Shown: positions 1-12,418, counted from the first letter of the stretch. The stretch: 64,000 nucleotides of DNA from Craspedostauros australis (GCA_030167865.1 JALAGF010000153.1:1-64000), one strand, 5' to 3'. Notes: a model not told the origin generated them from the sequence alone. Numbers and translations are program-made.

Positions 1-124
1 TCTGAAATGATATCTATTGTACAGATTGAGCCAAAGAATGCTCAGCGCGGAGACTTCAAAGATGGAGGGTCGAATTTCTCGAAACAAGAGGCCAGATCCT
101 ACCAGACCCCTGTAGAATCCTACT

Positions 125-391
125 TGTAGCCAAATGTAGCCAATGAAAACCCGGTCCGTCCTTCGTCCGAAGGCAAAACCACACCAAGGGGGTCAACAAA
201 CACAAAAAGATCGATGAGATGGTAGTAACAACATTATAATGTTAACACTTGCCTGGATAGCCCTGGCTCTTAAGTTTACGTAGATGTGAAGAGATGTTGG
301 ATTGAGTGTCTATNAAACGAAGGCGGAGTTTGGGAAAAACTGATCCAAAATCTGTAGCCAACTGTAGCCAATAATCGCCAATAATCGCCAA
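125..391. repeat. Clustered 10-bp-period repeats (TGTAGCCAA x4, TAATCGCCAA x2), possibly the end of a repetitive element
   Basis: TGTAGCCAA at 125, 135, 353 and 363; TAATCGCCAA at 372 and 382; perfect 14-bp palindrome AACATTATAATGTT at 230-243; an N at 314. Confidence 0.6.
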
Positions 392-1191
392 TTTTTGGGG
401 TCCGTTTGTTTGAGGCACTGGTGTCGTGAGAGAGCAAGCACAGGCACGAAGTGCGAATCACGCCTCTGCGCGCGTTTGTGTTCCACGCTCCGATTGGGGA
501 TTTACGCGAAGATAACACGCCGTCTTTTCTGATCTTCGGGCCAGTCCAAACCATCTCCAAGCCAGTGTTGTCCGCAATGAACTGAAGAAATACTTATGGA
601 ACGTTGATCATGACTACTCGTGTCTGCTTCTTCCAAATTGTGAAAGGACGATGCGTCGCTCAGCAATGTCTTTGCACTTTTCGTGGAACACACGTACGAC
701 TACAACACTCATGATCAACTGTACTCCAGTATTCTAGTATAATTATGCCTCCGTGTGAAAAGGCCCAAGAGACACAGTCCCGTTCTTGGCGAAGTCCAGG
801 GACACCTCAGATAAGCCTTTCGTCAACTGATTTGCGACAGGAGAACGCCAACAATGCCAACCACCAAACACACAATTCGTTCATTGACTACATCGACTAT
901 ATTGACCAAACAGACTGAGCGGAGTCGAAACGCCGCATGCGTCAACCACCCAAACCGAGCGACAAAACACCGACCAAAACAACGGGATGGCGCCAAAAAC
1001 CTGTGATGTGCTTCTTGGAGCCGCCGGTCATCGGTCTTGTGTTCGCGCCTGCGACCGCGTCCGCAGACATGAGGCATCAAACATAACCTTGACCGCCTCC
1101 ACTGACGCCGCCAATACTCACAGTCGCCCACACGACCAACAACAGCCATCCTCCTTGTCAAACCCTCTCTCCTTGGCTGCATGTAGCATTG

Positions 1192-2844
1192 ATGAAGACG
1201 ACCAAGACCATGGCAAAGAAGGAGCTGAAGAGATTCGTGCCGAGAGGTGACGTCTCGTTGTCAGAAGATGCACCAGGATGGGCAGGCGAACAGGCGAAGC
1301 ACCCATCATCGTTGTCTTCCGGAAACGACATTGTTGTCACCAATGATGAGGATACTGGTGTGCCCCTCCAAGCAGACACGGGGCTGGGGCCAATCTGCTG
1401 GAAGTGCAAGGGCACGGGGGTCGGCAAGAAGCCCAGCAAGTCCAAGATCTGCACCGTGTGTGATGGAATTGGCCGTCTGCCATCCAAGAAACGAGAGCGC
1501 GAAGCCAAGACCAGGTGGGGCGAAATCACGCAGCCACGCCGTTCTTATCCAGGTTGGGAAGACTTTGGTCCACAGCCTCGCGGCTTATCCGAGCATGACG
1601 CGAATAGTGGAGGGGTGGTGTCCCATGCGGTTGCTCTGGTGCGCCAAGCAGAGCGAACGATGAAGTCCGTGGAGGTCATCCTTGCGAGCAATGACGACGA
1701 CGATGAAGGCGCACCCGCTTGGCTTCCTCGAAGAGGCGAGCAGCTTTGCAATCTGGTTGGCAGGTGGAGGATATTGCAATGCGTCGGATCGCATCGCTGG
1801 ACGACAGATGATCTGGTCACGGCGTACGTCGCGGCAAAGCAGGTGGAACAGATGGGCACTTCCCGACGGCACGAGCCATTTCGGTACCTCGATCTCGGCA
1901 CAGGCAACGGCTCCGTGTTGACCATGACCACGTGGAAAATCTGCCAATTGCTGCACGAGCGTTGCAAGTTGCTGCAATGCGTTGGCATCGAAGCACGGCG
2001 AGAGGCATTTGGGCTCAACAGGCGGTCCCTGAGTTACAATGTCGGCATCGAACCTGGCCCGCGAGCCAATCCAGGCTGCTGTCCCATCCAAGCCACGGTG
2101 CTGCGCGGTGACTTCCGCGAGCTGCCTCACTTGCTGAAGGAATCATCCATTTGGGACGCAGCCGGGCATGGAAATGAGACTGCTGACAAGTTGTTGGGGG
2201 GCTTTGACGTTGTGACAGGGACACCGCCGTACTTTCGTGTCGATTTTCATGTTGCCGCCACGCAAGACGGAGACAACAAAGCAAAGGTCAGCAGGAAGGA
2301 TGGCAGAAGCAGCCTCGATGATGAGACAAAAAAGACCACCGTCCAACGAGCCGTCATCAACGAGGGAGGCATGCCTTCGTGCCTGCAGTCAGCACCGGCT
2401 CGATGTGAATTCCGAGGCGGCATCGAGGCGTACTGCCATGCCGCACAATTGGCGCTTCACCCGACGCGCGGCGTATTCTGCGTGTGTGAAAACTGGATCA
2501 ACCATCAACGCGTTTTGAATGCCGCACACAGCGCCGGTCTGGACGTCATCAACTTCCAACCTGTGCATGGCAGCACGCGAAAGAATATTCCTCTATTCTG
2601 CGTTTACACCATGAAAGTCGCAGCAGGCGACAGCAGTGTCGATGCCGATGCAGAAGAGAAGCCGAACAACGCAAGCCACGATCCCTTTGGCGCAATCTCA
2701 ACGCAAGCCACGACTGCAACATCCACAAGACGCATCCCGCCCCTCAGCGTGCGAGACGCAGATGGCAAATGGACGCGGGAGTATGCAACGCAAGTACTGG
2801 AGTACATGTCCATACCGGCCCAACATGAAACCGCCGAGCGATAG
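1192..2844 (+). CDS. SAM-dependent methyltransferase (TrmN6/tRNA1(Val) A37 N6-MTase-like) with an N-terminal CxxCxGxG zinc finger
   Basis: Single long ORF with first ATG at 1192. Motif I YLDLGTGNGS; motif IV-like DVVTGTPPYF; HRWTTDDLVTA; two CxxCxGxG repeats (CWKCKGTG, CTVCDGIG). Confidence 0.8.
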   Translation: MKTTKTMAKKELKRFVPRGDVSLSEDAPGWAGEQAKHPSSLSSGNDIVVTNDEDTGVPLQADTGLGPICWKCKGTGVGKKPSKSKICTVCDGIGRLPSKKREREAKTRWGEITQPRRSYPGWEDFGPQPRGLSEHDANSGGVVSHAVALVRQAERTMKSVEVILASNDDDDEGAPAWLPRRGEQLCNLVGRWRILQCVGSHRWTTDDLVTAYVAAKQVEQMGTSRRHEPFRYLDLGTGNGSVLTMTTWKICQLLHERCKLLQCVGIEARREAFGLNRRSLSYNVGIEPGPRANPGCCPIQATVLRGDFRELPHLLKESSIWDAAGHGNETADKLLGGFDVVTGTPPYFRVDFHVAATQDGDNKAKVSRKDGRSSLDDETKKTTVQRAVINEGGMPSCLQSAPARCEFRGGIEAYCHAAQLALHPTRGVFCVCENWINHQRVLNAAHSAGLDVINFQPVHGSTRKNIPLFCVYTMKVAAGDSSVDADAEEKPNNASHDPFGAISTQATTATSTRRIPPLSVRDADGKWTREYATQVLEYMSIPAQHETAER

Positions 2845-3810
2845 CAGCTTGCGAGCGATTATGGTCGGCATCAATCAAGGTGCGATCATGGGCAACTCCA
2901 AGAATACTCCAGGGTATGCGCTGGCTAAACGGGGTACTCTCACGTACAGTAGTCGTGATTGTAGATCGCAGGTCACAGCCACCTGTCAAGTCCCACGATC
3001 GTGTCATTGTGTGGTGATCTTGTCCTCGTCACGCCTTCTCGCTTGTCTGCTTCTGCTCTTCCTCCTTCGCGGGGTCGCAATCGTGTCCTTTATAGTATCA
3101 ACTCCAGCTGCTGATCCATGATGCCTCTCTCCGCGATGCCCCTCCCAGCGATGGTTTCCGCGGCGCCGATCGCAACCTCCATGGTCGCCCCCTCGGAGTG
3201 TCACCAAGTCTTGCTCGTTAGCATCAATGTCCATTCTTGCTCTCTCTTTCGTTTCGTTTCGTTGTCGCTCTTTTCGTGTGCACACACGCACGAGGAACAA
3301 CCGAACCACGGAATCGGACAGAAAGAGAATACTGTCAAATAGCATAGTTGTCACGTCATCAATAAGCGAAAATCAGAATGAGACAAATTGGACATAAATC
3401 CACTGCATAGGCTACATAGATGGACATTATCAATGACAACGGTGTGTCCACGACGAAGCGACATTCAAGCGACATGAATCGGAACATTTGCTTGTCTGAC
3501 ACATTTGGGGTGCGATCAAGAGAGGCGAGCACGAGAACCCGACAACACTAAGAAAGGAAGCATGTCGCGATGGATGCACACAAACAACTCCTAACCACGA
3601 CATGGTGTTCCCTTCCACTTCGCGGCGCGATGACAACACCAACAACACCGCAACAAAAACATAAAAAACGAAAGTGGCGAAACTCGCACACAAACACACC
3701 AGACCAGAACGGCAACAAGGAGATAGCCTCCATATCAGCCTCTGCCTCTGCCTTGGCTGCACCCCACGGTTACACCCACGACGAGCGTGCGGCTGGACAT
3801 CACAGAGACG

Positions 3811-6643
3811 ATGGACGTCGTCTACGGGACAGGTAAGAAGACCTTTGCATCCTCAAGCCCAGCACCGCGAGCAGCAAAAGGATCCTCACCAAGCAAATCA
3901 GCGATGGGCTTCGCAAAGCCGGGTTCAACGGCTCCGCTGCGGTGCAGCACCGTGCATGCGGACAAGGCGCTCGGGGCCAGTCTCTGTGGCCTCTCGGCGC
4001 AAGCCAAGCGCGCGCTTCGTAAGGACATGCTGTTTGCTATGCCGACCAAGGAACCGTACGACGTCGAGGCGCAAGTGAGCAAGCTGCGGCAAAAGATCAT
4101 GTCCATCCCACACAAACCGGCTTTTGATATTGCGAACAAGACGAATCACGACTACGTCCACGATTCAAAGTTTCTCCTCATGTTCTTGCGTGCGCGGCGT
4201 TTTGACATCGACGCGGCGGCGAAGACCGTGGTGCAGCACTTCGAACTCAAGCGGGAGATCTGGGACGATGCCAAGCTGGCGAAACCGATCACTATGGCGG
4301 ACTTATCTAAGACGGAAGAAACAACATTCGCCAAGGATGGAAGCCTCCAGGTGCTGCCTGTGCGAGATAGTTCAGGAAGGGCCGTGTACTTCTTGCACGG
4401 GAAGGAAAGCTCCGAGAGATGCACATCTGTGCTCAATAACACGCCTCAATACAGCGTAAGTACGAAATCGACTCGATCTGGTATCACAGGAACATTCCTG
4501 CTGCGCTGCCACGCCACGAGTATACTACAGTGCTGGCCCAGAAGCTGCGAATACTGTACTCACATGAAATTCCCATGAATCTCTTGCTTTTCTTCTTTTA
4601 ACTCCGCCCATCCTTCCACCTGTCGGGATGCCCCCACGGCATCATGGACTCCGCTCTGTACCACTCTCGATACTGCGACAGGCCCGTACGCTGTGGTACT
4701 ACATGATGGCGATCATGGAACGCGACGACGACACGCAAAAGAACGGCATGGTGTTCATAACGTACGCATTGGGCATGTCAACGGATGGCAGCGACGTTGA
4801 ACGGGAGCTGTGGTGGAACAGGTGCAAGGCCATTGCAGGGATACCTGTCCGCACTGCCGCCTTTCACTTCTGCTACAATAACGAGAAGTTGGTGTCGATC
4901 ATCGATTTGGTGGTGTCGGGGTTGGATGAGCCAACCCGGCGTCGGTTCAACGTGGTGTACGGTACGTCCACCTGGGCTAGGGCCATGGTTTCGATGGTGT
5001 TGATCTACTAGAGTCTGCTGCCCACCAATATCAACATGGTGGACATGCCGGTTTGCCTGCGAATATCATCTGTTTCTCATTGATTCGATTCGGAAGCTGA
5101 TGATCAGTTCATTGCGCGGTGCATGCATTCAGATTCTCGTGCTTCGGACCTCAACATGTACGTTTACCTCTCCTTCCAACTCTTCGGCAATTGCCAAATT
5201 TAAAAAAAATCATCCAAACCTAACATAATCGTGAAATCCCGATGGGTAGGAGACGAAGGTGCCTGTCACCGACACTTGAAGACGCACGGAATTTCGAGCA
5301 ACGCTCTTCCGGTTCCCTCTGCCCGGGGCGACAGTATCCCGGGCGCGAAGCAGCTTGGTGGCCCTGCACCGAATGGCGGTAGCCAATATCTCACCCAAGA
5401 ATTTTGCAGGTGGCGCCGACGCCAAAAGAAGATTGAGATCAATCCAAACGTTTACACGGACGGTATCTCCATCTTGAGGAGGACCGACATCGTGCTCGAA
5501 AAGGGGCGAGTGTACCACGATCACCACTGGAGTTCCAACCTCAAGGATCAAGTGAGGGAAGTTGTGGCCACGCTAGAAGGCAGGCTGGAAGGTGGCGCCG
5601 AAGCGGAGCAGCACTATGACGCGGCGATCGTTGTGCACGAACTGGAAGCTCGAGGCGCGCGATTCTTGGAGAAGCGAGACAAGGAGGGTCTGTGGCACTT
5701 TGCAGGTTTCGAGACGGCCGAGAGGAAAGTGCATAATTTATTGCAGCATCCTCTTGACCGCATCACGGACAGATCTGCAACGGTCAACAAGCAGGACGGC
5801 GAAAGCCTGGAGAAGCCTGCTCCGATTCCAATCCAAATTTCACCACAACCTCGACCGCAGCCTCAACCTCAACATCGCTCCGGCATGCAGTCCATGGAAA
5901 TGCAGACTGACGACGCAAATGATGCCGCACCGGATGGCAGACAGTGGGCATACACAGAGTCGGTGGAGGTGCAGACGCAGATGAAGAATGCCATGGCACA
6001 AAGCCGCATGGCGTCACCACAAGGGTGGGCGATGGTGTCCAATTTGCGAACATCTGAGGGCGGGGACGTGCCCGCGCCAGCGAACTTTGCACAAGATCCA
6101 CCACAGCCAAAAGATGCAACACCCGCTGTCGGCTTTCGCACCGGCACTTCTGCAAAGGTTCCGTCACGCAACGCGCGCCACACCGTTCATCACTTCCAAA
6201 GTGGGGAAACGTTCTTCTCCGTTTCTTCAAATCAGGCATCAGACGCATCTGAGGACGTGGTGATGAAGCATTTCATTTCGCAATACCCACCGGCAACCAA
6301 GCCCGCAGCAACCACGGAGGCAATGGATATCACGCCGGCGAAGGTGGATTTGACCATGCTGGACATCGCGTGTGGGCGTGGCAGATCATTGCGCGCGCAT
6401 CCGGGCAACTTGCATCTGAACGCAATATTGGAGACTCGGTTGGATGAATACAACGCCGCAACAGAGCAAGGGCAGGAGGTGCTTGTGGACATGATCATCA
6501 AGGAGCTGGACTCGCAGGGCAGGCGATTCTTGAAGAAGGTGGACAGCTCCGGTGGGCCAACTTGGGTTCATCTCACGAAGGGAGAAGCTGCCATCAAGAT
6601 CAGCCTCGAATTCCGTCACAAGCGCAGGGACGCAAGCGGTTAG
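3811..6643 (+). CDS. Diatom CRAL-TRIO-like protein with two DUF6824-like domains, about 772 aa; exons 3811-4455, 4682-4961, 5250-6643
   Basis: GT-AG introns (donors GTAAGT 4456, GTACGT 4962) join three ORFs in frame. Motifs FLLMFLRARRFD, LPVRDSSGRAV, PVRTAAFHFC and DIACGRGRSLRAHPGN...GRRFLK...W...KISLEFR. The start codon is uncertain. Confidence 0.75.
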
Positions 6644-7200
6644 AACCCACATAACGGGCACACTTTCATTTCTGCATGGTTTTTCATCTCTTCAGCAACC
6701 CTCACTCTACAGACGCTCCACTCCCGCAGAACACAACCTATTCACGTGATCTATTTATATCCACATTCACATTCATATACACAAGTTTTTGACACAGTGG
6801 AGCGTATCGCAATCGCGATGTCTGCGCAATCTATGGGGTGCACCGAGAGAATTCTCGCACTGAATCTGGAAAGGGAGGCAGTTTACTTGGACATATCTAG
6901 CAAGATTGATTCACGGACACTTCAGTCGCTGTTGAACTCGTGACCCGATCATTCCTGCCAACAAACCGAAGCGACGATGACGCACTTTGCTCAAGATTCT
7001 CCCGAAAACAACGCAGAAAGCGCCGATTGCGTGCGTCGAAACCCCACGCGCCAAAAGGCAACGCACATCCCTTGTTTCTTTGTCCACATCACCAAACACA
7101 CACGACGGATCATAGTCGCATCACATATTATAATATTCTATAATAGAATATAATACTTCACAAGAAAGCAGCGCACACGCACACACGAACAATCCTCACC

Positions 7201-7866
7201 ATGATCTCAGCAAGGACTCTCAACGCGGCCCTTGGGTTGCTGGCCGTTTCCGTGGCCCTGAACGGATCCGCGGTGCACGCATTCTTCCAGAGCAAGCCAA
7301 CAGGTGCCAAGAGTTCGCCGCTTGCCAACGAGGCCGTTGAGATCTTCGACAAGAAGTATCCGTTCGGTCGCGAGGCGCCCAAGCCACGTCCATTCGCCAA
7401 CCTGGGCATGCCCGATCAAGACATCGACGGCACCAAGTACAAGAAGTACGCCGAGGGACAGAGCACCGGCAACAAGCGCCTCACCGACATCACAGAGGTT
7501 CAGGCACGCACCAGCTTCAACGAATTGGCCAAGCTGTACGGCGACGACCGCGCGCTCGAGATGGTCAAGGCCCTTCCCATCTGCCTTGCGTTTGACAAGA
7601 CCGCGTTCGCGCCATCGCTGCAAGAATGGATCCCCATCTTTGGTGAGGAGGAGAGCAAGGACATGGCGAAGCGCAATCCAGGATTGCTGGCTGTGCGATC
7701 CGATGAGGCTGCCAAGGCCACCGACCAGACCATGTACTTCTCGTACATTGTGGCATACACCAGACCGTTGGGACCGGTGCTGCTGCCGCTTCTGTTCTTC
7801 CTGCTGCTGACGCCAGCCATCGAGTCGTTCACGGGCATTCCGATTCGTAGCACGTTCTTGCAGTAA
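7201..7866 (+). CDS. Hypothetical protein with a bipartite plastid-targeting presequence and a C-terminal transmembrane helix (221 aa)
   Basis: Clean single-exon ORF with strong codon bias. Hydrophobic signal peptide ends AVHA-FF (ASAFAP-like); hydrophobic C-terminus LGPVLLPLLFFLLL. Confidence 0.8.
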   Translation: MISARTLNAALGLLAVSVALNGSAVHAFFQSKPTGAKSSPLANEAVEIFDKKYPFGREAPKPRPFANLGMPDQDIDGTKYKKYAEGQSTGNKRLTDITEVQARTSFNELAKLYGDDRALEMVKALPICLAFDKTAFAPSLQEWIPIFGEEESKDMAKRNPGLLAVRSDEAAKATDQTMYFSYIVAYTRPLGPVLLPLLFFLLLTPAIESFTGIPIRSTFLQ

Positions 7867-8264
7867 TTGTCGAGTACTCGGAGGAAATCAAGTTGAGTAC
7901 GAGCTATGAGCTATGGTAGAATGCTACTCGCACAAGTATTGCAGCGCAGTACAGCACAGATCATGGATCTTGGAATTCCATGCGACGTTCATGTGGAGGG
8001 CATTTAACTTAGAAAGTGCGAGAGTCACGCTTTGGTTGATGAAGTCAGGTCGATGCAAGTACGCGTCGTGGTAGACTTCGTATAGTACACCGACTAAAGT
8101 AATGATGCAGTGACTTTCGACATTGTGTCTCTATCTGAATCATGTGCATTTAGCTTTACTCGTACTCGAGCAATGGCGCTCCAGTTCCCCCAAATACTGT
8201 ACAATCTCCTCGTGGCTTCTCCACCATCGTCGTCATTGTCAATTCCAATCCGTCACGATCACGC

Positions 8265-11200
8265 CTAATTCTTCCCATCCCCGAATTCTTCCACGAGCTC
8301 CTTCACGATCGCCTCTCCTTTCATCTCCCATTCGGAACGATTCATTGTGGCGTAGTTGAGGAATTCATCGCTCGCCACGCCAAACACACCGCAATCCTTC
8401 AGCTTCTTCGCCAAAGGGATAATGTAGTTGTCGTAGAACCAGAGCTCTCCCTTGTACCATCCGACGGACGGGTCCTTGTCCACCCGGCCTGATTTGAACG
8501 CTTCGTACATCTCCTGGAACAGCCTCTTGTTCCAATTCTGGTACACATGCCAATGCTGCATGGTGTGGCTCACATCGGCGGCCTGGATGATGTGCTCGAT
8601 GACGATGGTGGCCTTGAGGTCAGACAGGTACATCGGGTCGTCTGTGTGCTCGTGATCGGGCGAGAAGGCCTTGTTCCATCGCTTGTTGCGCATCTCCTTC
8701 AGCTCGCCATCGAAGATATCCGTGGCCATGACAGAGTTCACGAGAAGCTGGCGGAAGCGTCGCACATCGCCTTGATCGACGAAGAGACAACGGCGCAGTG
8801 CGCTGTAGGCAGGGTCCATGAGCAGATTCCAGGCCAGGTCGACAGAGTTCTGTTCTGCGACGGATCTGTTGCTGTAGAGGATGGCCATCTCGTCCTTCTC
8901 CTCGATGAGCTGGTTGTTGTTCACGCCTGGGTGGTCGACATCGTGGATCATGGCAGAAAACACGCATGCGAAATGCGTCAGCGGATCGGATGTGATGCCG
9001 TACGTGAAGTCGTGCAGCTTGGCCGCGACATTGTCCATGGAATCTTTCTGTCGGACCTCCAGATCATCGGCGGCGACGACTCGCTTCAGGATCTTGTTGG
9101 CGGACATGGTAACGTGCGAGGCGTGGCCGTAGTTGTGGAACGGGTTGCTGTGGTACGACTGCGCGATCTTGAGCACGTAGTCGCGCAGCTGCTGTTGCAC
9201 AACCGGAGTGAGCTCGACGTCGTCTGGGCTGGCGGAGACGATGCTGGAGTTGACCAGACGAGGCAGCTGGATGGCCTCGGCGTACTCGTTGCGCGGGTTA
9301 TCCAGGTCGTAGTGGCTGCTGACCTGACTCTGAGCCTTGTTCGCATTCGGGCCGGAGGTAGCCTTGCGAGCGTAGGCTCCGATGAGGTTGTTTTTGAAGA
9401 TGGTGCCGGCCTTTCGCGCCTCCTTGACAGGCGCTCGCCTGGCCACGACGCTCTTCAGAAGTTTGGAGAGCAGATCGACGTTCCAATCCACCAATCTCAG
9501 GATGGTCGGCGACAATGGCTGCTCCGGCGATGAAGAACCGTTGCTGCTGATTCTCTCGTCTGGTCGTGATGGGCCGTCGGTGCTTGCCGATGTTCTCGAC
9601 ATGGTATCGTTGGTACCCGATGGATCCTGGCCGTTGGCATCGGCGCCGGCGACGGGATCCACAGCGTTCGCGCCCTTGGGGAAGACCCAGTAGGTCTGGA
9701 TCTTGCCCTTGCCCTTCGCCCGGATGTGGTCATCGCGGGCCTTGAGCCAGGCTTGCTTGCCGCTGGAGACCAGGAGGTCCGCCGTAGCCTGCGAGCATTG
9801 GACGTGATCCGCACGGCCCAACGATTCGATTCGGGAGGCTGTGTTGACTGTGTCACCAAAGAGCTGGAAGCGAGACTTTTGGCCTCTCAGCACGCCCGCT
9901 GTGACCTGTCCGGAGTGCAGTCCGATTCGGAGACTCAGATCGCTGGTGCTTGGTCCAAGCTCCACCTCCAGCTTGCTCGTCACCTGCTTCATGCGGATGA
10001 GGATCTCCGATGCGAACTTTGCCATGATGACGGCGTGGTCAGCTTGCGGGTCCGGCAGGCCCGTAACAGCGACGTAGCAATCGCCGATGGTTTCCACCTT
10101 GAAGACCTTCCTTCTGTCGGCAAGCAGATCGAAGGCTCCGTACACCTTCTCCAGGAGGGTGAAGACCTGTGTTGTGGCAAGTATGATAAGTACAGTACGA
10201 GGACGATAGGTAACCAATAGGTATGCGTGTGCGTGTGTGGGTGTGTGGATGTGTGGATGTGTGGATGTGAGAGGACGGCGAGTACAATGAGCGGAGCAAT
10301 GGCATAGATAGGAGTACACAGTATTGGCAGAGTGCCAATGCTTGGACTTACCTGGGTCGGTTCTCTCGTGCTGGCCCATGCAGTGAATCCGGAGATGTCA
10401 GCGAACAGAACGGTCGTGTTGGGGAACAGATCGGCGATTGGCGTGGATTTCCCCTTGCCGCGACCGCCGGACTGCGGCATAGCAGTCGCCTTGGAGGAGG
10501 CCAGCTTGGAGGAGATGTCATCGGGACTGGACTTGGAAAGGTAGCCCTTCAGCTTTGCCTTTTGCGACACGATGGATACGAGGTCGGATCTGCTCGCCGA
10601 CGTTTTGGGTGCGACAGATGCGTGGTCGCCATTGTGGTGATCATCGCCGAAGAGACGTTCTCGCACGTTCTTGGGGAACAGAGACGAGACGATCTGATGC
10701 GACTTGGTTGCCGTGTCCAGCACCAGACGCTGCCTGCGTTCCACGAAGTTGTTGTAGGTGAAGAAGAAGATGCCAGTGACAATGAAGAATGCCACAACCA
10801 TCGCGGCGTAAAAGTACGGCTTGTTGGTGATGAACTCATCTTCCACCTGCTGCGTCGGGAAGATGTGGAGCGTGATGGGACAGTATTCGGTATCCAGTTT
10901 GACGCTGGAGTACGTCTCTAGTCGCGAGAGCAAATCTTCGAACTCCGTCACGTGATCCCTGTCTCTGTGATTGGTGGGCGTCGCTTGGGTTGACTTCTCC
11001 AGCACGACGAAGCCGAAGTCATTGACATTGCTATGTTGGTGGTTGTGAGTGATGCCACCACTGTAGTTCATGATTTCATTCTTGCTCTCAGGCTTGTGTT
11101 GAACTTCAAGCGTGACGATAGTCTCGTCAACGCCTTCGCAAACCTGGTGGATGCTGGCTATCATGCCCACATCCTGTTGGCCGAGATGGTCTGACTGGAG

Positions 11201-12418
11201 GTAGATATCCCATGGGATGTAGGAGACGAGGACTCCGCGGACTTGCTGGACATCGTCGATGTTGCTGACCAAAGGCCAGAGAAAGGCCGATTGCTTGCTG
11301 GTGTCGCCTGCCGTGAGATGGAATGCAGCTTGCAGCGACCGTGGTAGGGTGGCACCGATGACGGCGGACTTGGAGGAGACGGTGCGTTGCAACTCGCTTT
11401 GAAGCTGCGATGTCATGGCGTTCCAGTTGATGAGGGAGGGGAGAATCGGTTGATGCTGTCCCATGGGAAGGTAGAACGCAGCGTCGTCGTCTTCGTCGTT
11501 GTTGTTGTTGGAGAGATCGGGTTCGGAGATCTTGACTTGGTCGTCTCCGAACTGGAAGATTGTCGGCGAGATACCGTCCAGGGCGGTGGCGTTGTTGTTG
11601 TTGTTGTTGCTGCTGGCGTCTGAGATCCACTGTGACGCGGAGTCCTTGACGTAATCCTCCCATTTGGCGCGTTTTGACGGTGGGACGAGCGTCGCCATGC
11701 CGATCATGTCGAAGTGCCCCATCTGCGCCGCCGAGCGCGCGCGGATGTTGAAGTTGGAGACCGAGATGGGGGAGAATGGGGCTGATTGCTGCGGTGGCGT
11801 TTTGATTGTGGAGGACAGGTCTTGGTCGCTCTGGACGATGCCGAGCGCCAGACCGTCCATGGCCTGAACGCCTTCGACGATGTGCGCCGTGGCTGCATCC
11901 AGGATGGTGGTCGACGTGCAGGCCAGGTGCGTGTCGTACCGCTTCTGCTCCAGCTTGCGCGTGGCGTGGAAGACCGCGACGCTGATGCAGGTGGTGGCCA
12001 CCAAGAGGATGACCCAGACGATCCATCGCACGTACCGAATGTGGAGCGTCTCTCTTCCGCCGAGCATCTTGGATCCCTCGACCACCTTGTTGTTATCGAT
12101 GGCTGTGCCGTCGCTGATGCTGAGGTCGTCGGCGTCGCTGTGGAGCTTGGAGTGGAGACTGTCGCAGAAGCTGTCATCGTTGGTGCCATCGTTGGTGTCA
12201 TCGTTAGTGTCATCGTTGGTGTCGTCGTTGGTGTCATCGTTAGTGTCATCGTTAGTGTCTATGTTGGTGCCGATGGTGGTGCCGATGGTGGTGGGAATGC
12301 CGTTGTTGGCCAGCACCAGGTTTGGGTGGAAGGTGTCATCGACGGATCCTTCCGCACTCTGTGGTGCCGTCGACCCCATGTGGGTGCCTGATGGGCTCCT
12401 CTTTATCTGTGGTGTCAT
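8265..12418 (-). CDS. Receptor-type class III nucleotidyl (guanylate-like) cyclase fused to a class I cyclic-nucleotide phosphodiesterase, about 1322 aa; exons 12418-10352, 10166-8265
   Basis: Two TM helices flank an extracellular region. Cyclase motifs TVLFADISGFT, KVETIGDCYV, RIGLHSG, FGDTVNTASR; PDE motifs FHNYGHASHV, HDVDHPGVNN, IQAADVSH. Phase-0 GTAAGT...CAG intron. Confidence 0.92.
12173..12292. repeat. Coding 12-bp minisatellite, about 10 degenerate units, encoding TTIG/TNDD repeats in the cyclase-PDE N-terminus
   Basis: GTCATCGTT(G/A)GT units grade into GCCGATGGTGGT; the minus-strand translation is TTIGTTIGTNIDTNDDTNDD... Confidence 0.9.

Noticed and set aside
987-1250. Short ATG ORF overlapping the methyltransferase start in another frame (possible extra exon or frameshift)
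   Set aside because: No convincing splice pair or motif; it cannot be supported without transcripts
8547-9533. 328-aa plus-strand ORF, and similar long antisense ORFs at 18526-19470, 31329-32198, 38464-39201 and 61801-62943
   Set aside because: They are antisense shadows of codon-biased real genes and carry no recognisable motifs
12173-12292. Tandem repeats considered as a CRISPR-like array
   Set aside because: No unique spacers; it is a simple coding minisatellite in a eukaryotic gene
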